64,000 bases of DNA from Octopus sinensis (Eukaryota). Positions within the stretch are counted from its first letter, which is position 1, and every line of letters starts with the position of its first letter. The notes under the pieces were generated by a model. It was not told where the DNA came from and did no database searches. It saw only the letters and a program-made list of their open reading frames with translations. Both the position numbers and the translations under genes were made by a program. Positions 1-14,273 of the stretch are shown here, piece by piece. The DNA is taken from contig NC_043020.1 in assembly GCF_006345805.1 (NCBI RefSeq), positions 24,242,001 to 24,306,000 on the forward strand, read 5' to 3'.

Positions 1-261
1 TTTGGGGCTAGAAATAAAGAGAGCAGGCAATTGTCTTATGGGAAATTTGTGACGAGCTCGAGTAACGCTGATGACCTGGGGTCGCCTCTGATACACACAC
101 ACATACATACACACACATATATAAGCATACATATAAATATATATACACACACATACATATATATGCACATATACACACGCACATATGTAAACACACATAC
201 ACACCTACATACATACGCACACACAATAACAAAATGAACCGTCGTGGAAGAGGCGTTTTAC

Positions 262-421
262 CTTTCTTATTACTTGGAAGTCATTCTTAATGTCTTTCAT
301 CTTTTCTCTACCGATTGTCATCAAAAATCCCTCTGACGGGGCAAAGACACTGATATTGGTGGTCTCATCTTTGGCCTGCGACAAGAATTCTGGATCTAGG
401 GAAAGGATCTCGTAGAATTCC
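262..421 (-). CDS. Exon of fasciclin-1-like gene (start of next FAS1 domain); gene continues beyond the window's left edge
   Basis: Poly-T acceptor ...TTTTCAG, 160 nt = 1 + 53 codons EFYEILSLDPEFLSQAKDETTNISVFAPSEGFLMTIGREKMKDIKNDFQVIRK, donor AAG|GTAAAA. AG|G gives Arg in phase with the 8564-8708 exon; SVFAPSEGF is an H1 motif. Confidence 0.92.
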
Positions 422-1035
422 CTGAAAAAAAAAAAAAAAAAAAAAAACAAAAGTGTTGAAAAAACAGAAACTTTAAGAAAAAAGGAATTAAATTTAAGGT
501 CATAAATTAAAATTACCAAATTAATCATAAGTTAGTAATAACTATAATTAGTAATAACTATTCATTAATGAATTTTTGGGTTGATGAGTTTATATTGTGT
601 GCGAAACAACTAATATTGTTGACTAAAATATAAGGAAGAGATTTTCACTTGTTAGGCTCTGGGTAGGAAACATCGGTTCGAGGCTGGAACTGATAAAAAT
701 GTCGTAAATTTAGGTCTAAACGACCTACCATAGTTATTTCCAGCGCTGGTTTTATTTCAAACCCTAATGTCTATAGTTTATATCACTCATTAATCCAGAG
801 TCTAAAATTACTTCAGTGTCTTGTAATGTCACTCATTTGTACAATACCTTCGGTACTCCTCTGTCTAATGCTGAAGTCACACATTTACTTGACCAGTCCC
901 CAACATTCATTATGCATGTCCATGTCACTCTTCAGTCCATGTTTATAACACTCATCTATTCGTTACCTATATCACACTTTCTTTTTGGTCTGTAGCAGTT
1001 ATCTGTCTATTACCTATATAACCCGTCTGCTTAGC

Positions 1036-1087
<52 letters not shown>

Positions 1088-1324
1088 TATATATAGTTAA
1101 TCCAAACATGAAAACACAAAGAGAAAACACAACAACGCAAGAACGTGGAACAGGTATAGTGTTACTGGACGATCAGGAAAGGAAAGAAAGAAAGAGGATT
1201 TAACGTTTCGAGTGGAGGTGTTCGTCAGAAACATAGGAAAAGGAAAGATCCAAGGAAGGGAAGACGGAGGGAAAAATCGCCAACGATACACACGCGGTCA
1301 CATATTGAATATATATTAAGTGTA

Positions 1325-1630
1325 AAGACTTCCTTCGGTCATATATGAGTATGTGATTGCATCTGAAAAGTTACCTTCCGTGGCACAAGTCCGAGCAAGA
1401 GTGTTTATAGAAGCCACCAGCCACCCCTCTCCAAGTCACTGATGATATCTGAGAGAAAGGCAAAGGGGCAGATACAGCTTGGCACCAGTAACTTGGCAAC
1501 TCATTTCTACACCTTAGTGAACTGGAGCAATATGAAATAAAGTGTCTTGCCAAAGAACACAACACAAAGCCTCGTCTAGGAATAGAACTCACTGCTTCGT
1601 GATTGGGAACACGACGCTCTTACCACTGAG
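1325..1630 (-). mobile_element. SINE family C copy
   Basis: Reverse-complement match to 55340-55589 (GATACAGCTTGGCACCAGT...CAACTCATTTCTAC...GTGTCTTGCC). Confidence 0.75.
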
Positions 1631-1694
1631 GAAACAACTTCCAGAGCTATTGTGTAATATGCATAACATAATACGCCTGACTGTACCGCCTTTG

Positions 1695-1730
<36 letters not shown>

Positions 1731-1942
1731 GCTAAATTTGGTGGCTAATTTAAGCAATGTGTTCGTGGATGGTTAATGGATCGGAGTAACAATTCTTGAA
1801 ATATGCCTATAGACGCATAATCTTTTTTTTTCTATCTTTGATGGCATTGTTTGCATAGACGTATTCGTATATGTAAAGTCGTAACTTTTAGTGTTGGCTC
1901 TGATTTCTACAGAATATCTGTAGAGATAAGTTTAAAAAATTA

Positions 1943-1989
<47 letters not shown>

Positions 1990-2709
1990 ATTATATAATA
2001 TCTGAAAAGGAAGGGAGAGTTAGAAAAACCGGGAGAGAGCACTCATAATTACTGGCGACCTGAAGTTGTATAAAGAACTTTTCTTGTGGAAAATCAGGGT
2101 TCGAACAAACAACAAATCCGTAAGGTTTACTGCCATCTTACAATATAAATAAAATACGGGAAGAGTAGAATTTGTAGCATAACTTTTATTCCATGGTTTA
2201 CAACTGTTTCATCTCACCAGTAGACATGGATATTAAGCAAGATTTAGTTATGAACGTGAAGCAATGTATGCCACGTAATATCACCAGCAGTTGATGAAGA
2301 ATCGGTTCTGATGAAACAGCTTCCAGTGTAATATGCATAGCATGATACTCACGACTATACCGTCTTTGTCATGAATATCTATAGACATTGTGTGTGATTG
2401 GTTACCTCAAGTAGTGGAAACAATTGTAAACCATGCAATGCACGTTGTACAATAAACTCACTCCTCTTCGTTACCTACTTTTCTGATGATCTTTTCTGCA
2501 ATTCGATTTAACACACTATACTCTGATAGACAGACGCATACTGGTATATAATATAACGACACACACAAGCATTCACGTGGTCTCTGATCTAACATGGCAC
2601 ACAACACAACCGAGTTCAACTGAGTGGCTGGGTGGATTGGAGAGCAAAGGAAGATTCAGTTCAAAAGCTTTAGCAAATCATTTTACCTTCATGATCCGGC
2701 TTTAATTTT

Positions 2710-2745
<36 letters not shown>

Positions 2746-3472
2746 CCCACGTGTGTGTATTTATGCACCTACGCACACATACATACAAAGTTATATCTGT
2801 ATTTTTTAAATTTTTGTGGTTGCGAAGGCGGTGGTGTTTTCTAAATTTCTTATTGCTTTCTTTTTCTTTTTGTAGCTCTGTTTATTCTTTAAGCTCTTAT
2901 TTCTTTCAAAATCGTTCCTTATTTATTTTTCTTTGCAAATCTTTCATTCATTTTATTTATTTAGCTTGTTTTACGTAGAACTTGATAATCTCTTAAGTGA
3001 ATAACTGCACAACGAGAAGGCAGAATCTCGTTGAAAATGGCGAATTAAAACTGCGGTTATATAAATATCACAAACCAATACAGAAATATACAAATAAATA
3101 AACGGTATTATTAATAATGATTATCATCATTATTATCCTAGTTGTTGTTGTTCTTATTGTTGCTTTTATTGTAAAATAATGCCGAGGAAAAACTAAGGTA
3201 ATCTCAAAACTAGTGGAAAGAGGAACGGAGGTGACAAGTGAAAAGAGGAGGGGTGGAGGAAAACGAGAAATAGACGAAGAGAGAGGTAGTAAACGGTTCG
3301 AGAGAGAGAGGAAGAAAATTGAGTGGAGAGAGAGGGATAGAGATGAGACTAGAGAAAAAGATTATGAAATAAGAGAGAAGCAGGCAAAAAATGGAAGGAA
3401 TGCGAGAAATACAGCTATATAGAGCGGGAGAAACAGTGAGAGGAGGAGATAGAGGAGAGAGCAGATTTTCGG

Positions 3473-3503
<31 letters not shown>

Positions 3504-3686
3504 GTGAGGACAGGGAATAAATGAAAAGTTAGGTTTCTAAAAGTAAAACACTATGTTGCCACATTTAATCTTGTAAGATCAACAGTGCGCTTTCATTTCT
3601 GTTATTTAATTTATTTGTATTGTTTTGTTTTCCTGCATTTTTCTCTCTCTTATTCCGGTCGTACTTTTCTAGTATTCTATTACAGT

Positions 3687-3736
<50 letters not shown>

Positions 3737-3830
3737 GGAAAAAAAGGAGGGATTCCCTTGGTGGTACTTTGGCAATCATGCACAGAAGTTTTCGTATTTC
3801 GTTCGAGATTACATGTTTTCGGATGGGTGG

Positions 3831-3968
<138 letters not shown>

Positions 3969-3973
3969 CGGGA

Positions 3974-4025
<52 letters not shown>

Positions 4026-4741
4026 AGAGAGTGATGGCTGCCTACAGGGATGGGTGAAAGCGTGGATGGTAGCAAGCTGGGACAGAAGAATAGATTTGGC
4101 GACGAACAGAATGATGACGATCGTGAAGTTGATGACAGCAGTGGTGATAATGATGATGATGATGATTACGATGAAGGCAGCGGTAACGTAGCAGTAGTAG
4201 TAGTAGTAAGGGTGGTGGTGGCGATGACGATGTTGATAATGGTGAGAATACTTATGATGATGATGATGATGACGATGATGTTGATGATTCTTGAAAATGA
4301 TGATGAGGAGGATTATCACGATAACGATGACAACCACGATGACGATGACGTTAGTAATTGTAGTATTGGTAGTGTTGTCAGTGGTTGGGGTGTTGGTTGT
4401 AGTAGAATGGCAAGAGTTAGAAATCTAAATCGGATTTGTTTCCAATATATAATGTTTTCGTCGTCTTTGTTTCTTTATATTATTTTATTTTCTAAATGGA
4501 TGTACGCGCGCGGAGTTTGTGTGCATAAATTTTGCCTTGTGTGTATATAAATATACATCGATGTATGTGCGTGCGTGTGTATAAGAATAAATCTGTATGC
4601 GTGGTTATATCTGTGGGTGTACGTATTTTTAATATTTTTTTTTACGTTTCCATTGGTTTCGCTTCGGTTCGTTTTGGTTTGGTTTTTGCATTGTATTGTA
4701 GTTGTTATATTTTTGTTTTCTGTTTTCTACTATTGGCTTCC

Positions 4742-4778
<37 letters not shown>

Positions 4779-4854
4779 TTTATTATTTGTTTTGATTTCG
4801 GTGATAATCTTGTAACTTTAAATAATTGCAAATATATTCTCGTGTTACGCAGTC

Positions 4855-4912
4855 ATACAGATACAGATACAGATACAGATACAGATACAGATACAGATAC
4901 AGATACAGATAC
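4855..4912. repeat. (ATACAG)n hexanucleotide repeat
   Basis: Read directly. Confidence 0.95.
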
Positions 4913-5096
4913 ACGCCTGTACAGGTAAACACAGGTGCGTGCAGAGATGCAAAGACACACACACACACGCGCGCGCGCACGCGCGTGCGGTGTCGTTTGT
5001 TAACTCAAACTAAACCTCGATCAGCTACCTATCTATGGTCATGTGTATAAAAATATATTTATACACCTACTTGTATGCAGGAAATACATACATACA

Positions 5097-5132
<36 letters not shown>

Positions 5133-5828
5133 TACATATACATATAGATATACACACACACATATATATATATACATATACTCACGCACACACACGCATA
5201 TATATATATATACATATACGCATATAAATATATATATATGTTCACACATATATATATACTCACACGCAGACACACGCATATAGATATATACATACACACA
5301 CATATTTATATACATACGTGTATATGTATATATATACACACATATATATACATACGTATATATTACATGTATATACATATATATCCATATATATATATAT
5401 ATATGCATACATACACACACATATATATAATCTTCTACATGCACACGCAGCACATCCAACACCCACACGCATCCAATACACACTTACACACATATATATA
5501 TAATCTTCTAGACGCACACACAGCACATCCAATACAAACACGTTAACACGTTGAAGCAGAAATTGCTCAAGAAGCGAAAGATGCGGATAATACACGAACC
5601 ACATGTTATAGAGGGAGGGAGAAGAGAGGATAGATAGATAGAGAGAGGTGGTAGGAGAGACAGAGATGAAAGGAGTGAAAGTTAGAGGAGGTGAGGGATG
5701 AAATTGATACAAGAGAATCAGGTTATCATCTTATATGCTATGAATTTCACCTGGCTGTCAGTTTGATATCATGATATATCAACAATGATGTATCACTTTT
5801 GATTTTACACTCACATACACACAAACAG

Positions 5829-5862
<34 letters not shown>

Positions 5863-5966
5863 GCACGTGCATGTGTTTATGTGTGTGTGTGTGCACTGTT
5901 TTTAATATATTAGGTATTATCCTCAAACGCAAGTGCAAAACTTGTCTTCCCCTACAAAAGATCAAA

Positions 5967-6000
<34 letters not shown>

Positions 6001-6715
6001 GAGAGAGAGAGAGAACAATCATACAGTGAGATAGACAAATACAGGTATATCAAATACCATACAACATAAATTATTGATTTATTAAACTTATTATTCTCTG
6101 TCTGGTGGAAATATCATAACTACTAAACAGCAATCGTTCTATTTGAGAACTGAAGATGGCCAATTTCTCGCAAAAGGAAACAAAAACCGAAAAATTATAA
6201 TACAACTTTACTGTCATGATTTACATATTTTTAGGTTGGCATGAGTCAATAGGGTTTAAAAAAGAAGAAAATTTTCTGTGGGACCGCTGTCACGTGACCA
6301 GAACAGCCATCTTTGATTCAGTCTAGAAGATGACAACTTGAATGCAAGGACAAAAGATAGATATACAGTTTCATCCTAGAAAAACATTAACTTTCCATCT
6401 TACAAAGGTGGATTTTCAGAAAGAACAAGAGAGTAAAACTTCAGATTGGCAGTTTTAGTTTTTGGAAGATCATTCTGCATCTCAGTAAAAGCAGAATTTA
6501 CTGGGGCCCAATAGAATTCGTTGCGTCAGTTTGACAGCTACTTAATTTTATAGACCCGGCAGAATAAAACCTAAATTAGACGAGGCTGATATTTGAAACC
6601 AGAATTAATAACTATACGCCGCAATATATTTATGCGACGTTCTACCCATTCAGCCGATCCAACGCCCTTACATACGACTTTCCAATATGACTTTCTTATA
6701 AATATTTTCAATTTG

Positions 6716-6900
6716 TAGGCGAGTTAGCAAAATCGTAAGTACGTCGGGCAAATATTTCCTGTCCTCGTGTTCTGAGTTCAAATTCCGCCGATGTTGACTT
6801 CGTCTTCCATCCTTTCGGGGTCGATAAAACTAAGTACAAATTATGCAGGTACCATGCTGGAGCCCCCTCCTCCAAAATTTCAGACCTTGTGCCTATAGAA
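6716..6900 (+). mobile_element. SINE family A copy (diverged)
   Basis: CTGAGTTCAAATTCCGCCG...CATCCTTTCGGGGTCGATAAAA. Confidence 0.75.
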
Positions 6901-6944
6901 ATGAATATTTTCGTTTTTGTAGCATATTCATTGTTTGAAAAGGT

Positions 6945-7215
6945 AAAAAAAACGCTCGATGTAGAAGTCTTTGGCCGGATCAAGCCGAAACAGTCATATT
7001 ATGCAGAGAAAATCCCTGGAGAAGGACATCATGCTCGGAATGGTCAGTGGCAAGAGAGGAAGAGGCCGACCAAGAACCCGCTGGCTTGACACCATCAAGA
7101 GTGACACGGGAATGGACATAGCCAATCTGAAAGAAGCGACCCAGGATAGAACTGACTGGAGAACACTGATCCAACGAGTATCCGAGTGTCGACTTCGACT
7201 GAGCGGATAGATAGA
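6945..7215 (+). mobile_element. 3' end fragment of RTE/BovB-type LINE
   Basis: SHIMQRKSLEKDIMLGMVSGKRGRGRPRTRWLDTIKSDTG...QDRTDWRTLIQRV...RLSG* is the typical RTE ORF C-terminus. Confidence 0.85.
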
Positions 7216-7802
7216 GAGTACGATAAAAGTTTAAGGAACTTCTGATCTTCTTCAACTCGGAGATGGAAAAAATTTTAATGAAATGATGAATATTTCACTC
7301 TCCTACTCACTGTCCCCTTGTCTCTCTCGTTGACAGTGTCTCTCTGTGTCTCTCTCTCTTCTCCTTCTCTCTATACGTCAACAAATATTAAAAAAACTAT
7401 GTTGACGATGTGAATAATTGATACCGGCCACCCAGTATGTAAGACCGGTTCTATTTATGCCGAGGTTCAATTTTTTACATATCAGGGTTAAGCGTTTACA
7501 GTAATTTCTCCCTTATAATAATAAAGAGAATTACGGAGATGTACTTGCATAGCAAGTGATCTGATCTGAGATTGTGTGCTGAAACAAAAATAATTGCAGC
7601 GTGGAAGGTGCTTATACGCCATTTAAAACACACACACACACACACACACAGAAACACAAAAACCGTTACATTCACTTCAACATTTAAATTTATTTTGCCA
7701 AAATATTTTCGTCGCTTTGAAACCGTGACCTCTTCACTGGCAAAATTCCGTGCTGCATCTATTCGTATTTTGACGCAAAGCCCGCAATTTTGGGTCAAAA
7801 GT

Positions 7803-8180
7803 TTAAGTCGATTACATCGACCCCAGTGTTCAACTGGTATGAATTCTATCGACCTCGAAGGATGAAAGGCAAAGTGGACCTCAGCTGAATATGAACTCAG
7901 AATATAAAGACGGACGAAATGCCGCTAAGCATTTGGTCCGGCGCGAGTACGATTCAGCTAGTTCACCAAAACCACCACCACCACAATAATAATAATAATA
8001 ATAATTTTGTATTTATAGGCGCAAGGCCTAAAATTTGGTTGAGGGAGGATATAATCGATTACATTGACCCTGAAAGGTTCGACCAACGCGGAATTTGAAC
8101 TTAGAACGTAAACAGCCGGAAGAAAAGCTGACAAGCATTTTGCCCGATACACTAACGATTCTGGCAGCTCGCCTTCTTAA
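7803..8180 (-). mobile_element. Two tandem SINE family A copies separated by an (ATA)n tract
   Basis: Two reverse-complement matches at about 7803-7970 and 8010-8180. Confidence 0.75.
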
Positions 8181-8361
8181 GACTACTACGAATAATCATA
8201 ATAATAATAATAATAGTCCTCACTTGAGGCCTGTTATTGGCTTTCTTATTAAGTCACTTCCTCATTACGGTGTCACCACCAGGTAAGTGGAAACAATACT
8301 ACATGCCGAATTTTATACAGAGAGAGAGTGAGAATGAGAATATATACATACGTATATATAT

Positions 8362-8439
<78 letters not shown>

Positions 8440-8563
8440 ATATTATATATATTATATATATATACATACACACACACACACATATATATTTGCATACACC
8501 CATGTATACTTATACACGTAGTTGTATGGATAATATTACGATGAGAGTGTGTAGTTGATTTAC

Positions 8564-8708
8564 CTGAGGTATGCCGTGTCAGCCATTGTTTCTGCCACCG
8601 ATTTATAGGGAAAAGCCAGCACTTGGTCTATGATATGTAGAACACCGTTGGTTGCTGGGATATCTGCAGTGGTTACCCTTGCTTTCACATTATTGCTGAT
8701 TACGTACA
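8564..8708 (-). CDS. Exon of fasciclin-1-like gene (FAS1 H2 motif and interdomain linker)
   Basis: Polypyrimidine acceptor CTCTTTTTTTTTTCTTTTTCAG, 145 nt = 2 + 47 codons + 2: YVISNNVKARVTTADIPATNGVLHIIDQVLAFPYKSVAETMADTAYL, donor AG|GTAAAT. ADIPATNGVLHIIDQVL is the FAS1 H2 motif. Confidence 0.95.
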
Positions 8709-8885
8709 CTGAAAAAGAAAAAAAAAAGAGGGATAGAAGTGGAGAGTAAGCGGTGAGGGTAGAAACCTTCGGTTGAGAAATACTTATAAATGCGGATGGC
8801 TTCAATAGAACAATGAAACAGCGATATTACAGTTCAATATTTGGTATGTAAGACATGCACAAGTGAATGTAATGTGGGCAAATGT

Positions 8886-8920
<35 letters not shown>

Positions 8921-10071
8921 TACTACTACTACTACTACTCGATTCACGAGCATCGTCTATGATTTCGTTGTTTTAGATACCTACGTCTTCGAGATCAGGC
9001 ATAGACACCCCCTCGGCAAATCATACTACTGGCGCGACACAGCATCCAGAATGTGAGAGAGTTTGAACAAGAAAGAGCTTCACGCACTTGTCTTATACGG
9101 ATTTCAATTTAATAGGACGGAACAACGCGAAGTGAAGTGGCTTGTTTAAGGATATGACGTTTCACTCGATCTTGGAATCGAAATCGCAACATTGTTCATC
9201 GTGAACTCCAAACACTAAACAGTGGGTCACGCGGCTGCAGATGTACGTTTATGTGTGTGTGTATGTTCTTGTATGCGCGCGTAATTAAATTTATAATTCA
9301 TGTTACAAATGTTTCCATGGCATGGTAATTTATTTTCACACGATATATTAATGAATGTTATATGACTTAAATGACATAATTTTAATTATCAAATATGTTA
9401 ATTCACCATTCAGTTCTTCGGGCAAGATGATCCATATATTCGTACCATAAATCGTTGTGTGTGTATGTGTAATTGGTTTTAGCAAACGAAAGAAATACCC
9501 AATGTAGCTGAATATAAATATCTTGATTTGATCGGCAGTAGTCAACATTGATAAATAAAGTTACTTCCAATGACAAGCCGGCCATTCTTCACTCAACAAT
9601 GGGACCAGAACATACGTGAAGCGTAACGAATTCATTCTGTCTGTTCACATTCGTTATCATTACGTATCGTTCATTTCACGATGTCCGCATGCCACCATCA
9701 CTAACTCAGCTACTTTTAGCAATTCTCCTCTCTCGCGCCAATATTCTTCGTTAACATTCCATACAAATACTTCTCATATATATATATATATAATATATAT
9801 ATATATACACACACACACAAAGCCTCCTGGTCTTCCTCTCACTGCATTACTCTATTATCCCCCAATTTCTACATTACCATAGATTCTCCACACAACTCTT
9901 TACAGTCTATTAATGTATGATGGTCTTTGTGCAGTTTAATATTTGCAAACGATTATTTATGTTTTAACCTTTCATTTTGAAATAGTGAAAATGAAATGTT
10001 TTCAGAATAGTTCAGCCCATCTGTTCGCTTAAATATATATATAACTTAAAATTGAATAGAAGATCTGAATA

Positions 10072-10117
10072 CCACCTGATGAATGTCCTTAGAAGAGACA
10101 CGAAACAATTGTAGTGG
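10072..10117 (+). ncRNA. Solo minimal type I hammerhead (PLE pLTR-type)
   Basis: CCAC-CTGATGA-A-TGTC(cttagaaga)GACA-C-GAAA-C[AATT]G-T-A-GTGG: stem I CCAC/GTGG, stem II TGTC/GACA with an A.C mismatch at the base, stem III of 2 bp with a palindromic AATT loop, GUA site. Confidence 0.75.
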
Positions 10118-10300
10118 CGAATTTAATTTTATTTAATTTATATAAAATTTTTTATGCATTGGATTAAGTCTTTCTTTGTTTGATTGCATAATAGTGGTTT
10201 TGTCTCTAATAATATTGTATAATATTTTACTATAAAATTGGAGATTCAGTCCTAAATCTGATTTTTCCCTGTAAATTTGGATTTATTCCCTAATATTTAT

Positions 10301-10356
<56 letters not shown>

Positions 10357-10416
10357 CTTTTTAGTTTCAGCTCAGAGCTGCGGCCATGCTGATGCACCGC
10401 GGTTTTTTTTTATTTT

Positions 10417-10620
10417 GTACAGAGGGGACAAACAAGGACAGACAAACGGATTAAGTCGATTACATCGACCCCAGTGCGTAACTGGTACTTATTTAATCGA
10501 CCCCGAAAGGATGAAAGGCAAAGTCGACCTCAGTGAAATTTGCACTCAGAACGGAGCGACAGACGAAATACCGCAAAGCATTTCGCCCGGCGTGCTAACG
10601 TTTCTGCCAGCTCACCGCCT
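10417..10620 (-). mobile_element. SINE family A copy
   Basis: Reverse-complement match (GGATGAAAGGCAAAGTCGACCTC...CTGCCAGCTCACCGCC). Confidence 0.85.
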
Positions 10621-10697
10621 TATATATTCAAATTTCTTATACAAAATGTTTCACTGGAATGAAACATTTGGCCATCTTTGAAGAATAAATTTTATAA

Positions 10698-10905
<208 letters not shown>

Positions 10906-10914
10906 ATAAATACT

Positions 10915-12752
10915 TACCACCGTTCTCCATCCCAGTCACTGAAGATTCAACTCATAACTACCAAGAAGAATCTTGATGATGCTTACTTGAACGCCGAGGT
11001 CGAATTTATCAACGGCAAAATTAGCAAACTATCCAAAGAGCACATTAGTAAAAAAATACCATCTTGCCTGGAAATCCATCAAAGTCCTATCAGGCAAAAA
11101 TTCTGGGTCATCAATTAGAATTAAAGGGGGATCAGCTAAGAAGCGTTTAGAAAATTGGTCAATTCAATTTAAAAACCTTGGAAAGAATGCCAACATCCCT
11201 GATAACCCCACTCTTCCAAGTGTGCCTATATCAAATACGCTGGACATCAACACCTTCCCCTTTTACCATATTTGAACTAACAGCAGCCACTAAATAACTG
11301 AAAGCCTCGAAAGCATTTGGTCCCGACAATATCCCAGCTATAATTTGGAAGGATGATAGATTTCACGTACTTTTGCTCATTCTTTGCAACCACACACTTC
11401 CCACTTTTATAGCTCCAAAGATTTGGCACCAATCTCAAATCATCCCAATACCCAAAGAAGGCGATTTATCCCTCGTCACCAACTACAGGGGTATATCTCT
11501 AATGTCAATTGCTGCAAAATTGTACAACAAACTGATTCTAAACCGTTTCGTCCTTTTTGTTGAACCTTTGCTCCGAAAGAACCAGAATGGATTCAGACAT
11601 GGGCGCTCAACGTTGAGCCAAATACTATGTCTACGTAGACTTATTGAAGAATCAAAAGCATTTAATCGCGATCTTACAATGGTGTTTGTAAACTTTTCTA
11701 AAGCGTTCGACTCTGTAGATAGGTACAAGATGTTTGAAATCCAGAATCATTTCTGCCATCAAAGTCCTCTACATAGATACGTCTTCAACCATCTTAACAC
11801 CTGATGGAGAAACATCATCTTTCTCAATCAAAGCCAGAAAACTGCAGGGAGACACACTCGCCACATTTCTCTTCATCATTGTCGTTGACTATGTGCTACG
11901 TATGTCAGTTGATACCATTTCTGGCAAGGGCTTTGAAATAAAACCCAGAAGTTCCAGACACCCAGCTGAATATTTAACAGGCACTGACTTTGCTGACGAC
12001 ATCGCTCTTATCAGTGATTCTCTCTCCAATGCCCAGTCTCTTTTACAATCTCCTGAACAAGCCTCAAATTGTGTAGGTCTTTACCGCAATGAGTCCAAGA
12101 CTGAATATGTAAACAAATGCCTGTCCAACAGTGATTTCATCATCCATACTCTCAACAATACGCCCTTAAATATGGTTTCTGATTACAAATATCTTGGGTC
12201 ATACATATTATCATCTGAAAAAGATTTTCTAACTAGAAAGGGTATGGCCTGGTCAGCCTCTAATGATATGCATAAGATCTGGTCATCAAATCTAAGTAGA
12301 GACTTCAAACTTAAAATCTTCAAAGTCACAGTCGAACCAATTCTACTGTATGGCTCAGAAACCTGGACGTTATCAAAGAAGCTTCAGAGGCAGTTGGATG
12401 GAACTTACACTTGCCTCCTTATGAGAGCTCAAAATGTCTCGTGGAAACGTCATCCAACCAAAGTACATATATATATGAAAAAATACCATCTGTATCATCT
12501 CTCGTGAAAGGTAGAAGAGTCCAGTTTGCTGGACATTGTTGTAAAGCTGAAAACGAGGTACTTTCTACTCTTCTCCTCTGGAAGCCACCTGCTCGCGATA
12601 CCAGATGGCGCACACTCTCCTACCCTGATGTAATCTCCAGGGATACAGGCATCCAGCAACAGGACCGCTGTAATCCTATAAATGACCGTGAAGTCTGGCG
12701 TAATATAATGAATTCCATTGTCTCGAACACGGTCGAACAATGATGATGATGA
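10915..12752 (+). mobile_element. 5'-truncated RTE/RTEX-like LINE with frameshifted RT
   Basis: Overlapping ORFs 11373-11804, 11734-12507 and 12411-12743 carry NYRGISLMSIAAK, QNGFRHGRST, FSKAFDSV, LQGDTLA, FADDIAL, YKYLG, LLYGSETW and FAGHC; ends in a (GAT)n tail. The clade call is from motif recall. Confidence 0.9.
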
Positions 12753-12803
12753 ATTCGTTCGGCTAATACGAACAACTGTTGCCAAGAAGAATAAAGATAT
12801 CTG

Positions 12804-12849
<46 letters not shown>

Positions 12850-12915
12850 ATATTATGTATGTATGTATATGTATGTATATATATTATATATATATATTAT
12901 ATTATATATATATAT

Positions 12916-12964
<49 letters not shown>

Positions 12965-13272
12965 GCACACGCGCTATGCTTCTACACGCGTACACGCATG
13001 CTCAGAGCTACCCACTCGAACACAGAAACAGAATCGAAGTTCCTCATGTTTTGTACCTCAGCTTCATTTGCATATACTTTGTATCAAAAATGTTCTTTAT
13101 TCAAAACAACGGAAAGAAATTTATATCAGACATATATTCACACATTTACAAAAGTCCACGAACATGAAAATAAATTGCCATTTATACATACGTGAAAATA
13201 AATACGTACATACATATATGTATGTATGTGCGTCGTATAGGAACTCATAAAAATCAATAAACATATATATAT

Positions 13273-13341
<69 letters not shown>

Positions 13342-13479
13342 CAGAGTGTGAGTATGTATACACCTGCGGATACATGTTTTTGTGATTGCATGTGTGCGCG
13401 CGATCACACACACAAGCGTTACTACGGAATCGTCCGGTCTTTCTAAACTATTCCACATTCCTTACATGGTGTGTGTGGG

Positions 13480-13513
<34 letters not shown>

Positions 13514-13619
13514 CATATATGTGCAAATATATATACATATATATGCATATATATATATATATATACAGATATATATACACACATATATATAGGTATATAT
13601 TCATATATACATATTTATA

Positions 13620-13650
<31 letters not shown>

Positions 13651-13953
13651 GTATGTATACATATATACATGTATATATGCAGATATATATATACATACAT
13701 ATATAAATATATATGCAGATATATATACATATATAAGCATATATATATACAATATATATATATAGGTATATATACACACATATATAGATACATATATATA
13801 TATGTATACATATATACATAATATGCATATATATATATATACATACATACACTAAACATATATATACATACATACATATAAAACATATATATACATATAT
13901 ATATATACATACATATATATACATATATATACATATATACATACATATTATAT

Positions 13954-13994
<41 letters not shown>

Positions 13995-14110
13995 TGCAAC
14001 ATTTATATATATATATACATACATTACATATACATATATATATACATTATATATATTCACAGTATATATACATTATTATATATAATACATAGACATACAT
14101 ACACACATAT
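13480..14110. repeat. Degenerate (AT/AC)n low-complexity tract; similar tracts at 5040-5540, 36660-37190, 43480-44100, 51110-51560 and 58760-59030
   Basis: Read directly; source of the IYIY/HTHT-type ORFs. Confidence 0.95.
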
Positions 14111-14233
14111 TTGCGTGTAGCTAATTCCATTACGCCGTCTGTTGATATCCTATATCCATTTACCTATCTATCTAACATTAAGTACCCTCTCTCTTTGTAC
14201 TTATATACTTATCTATGTATCTATGTATCTATG

Positions 14234-14273
<40 letters not shown>

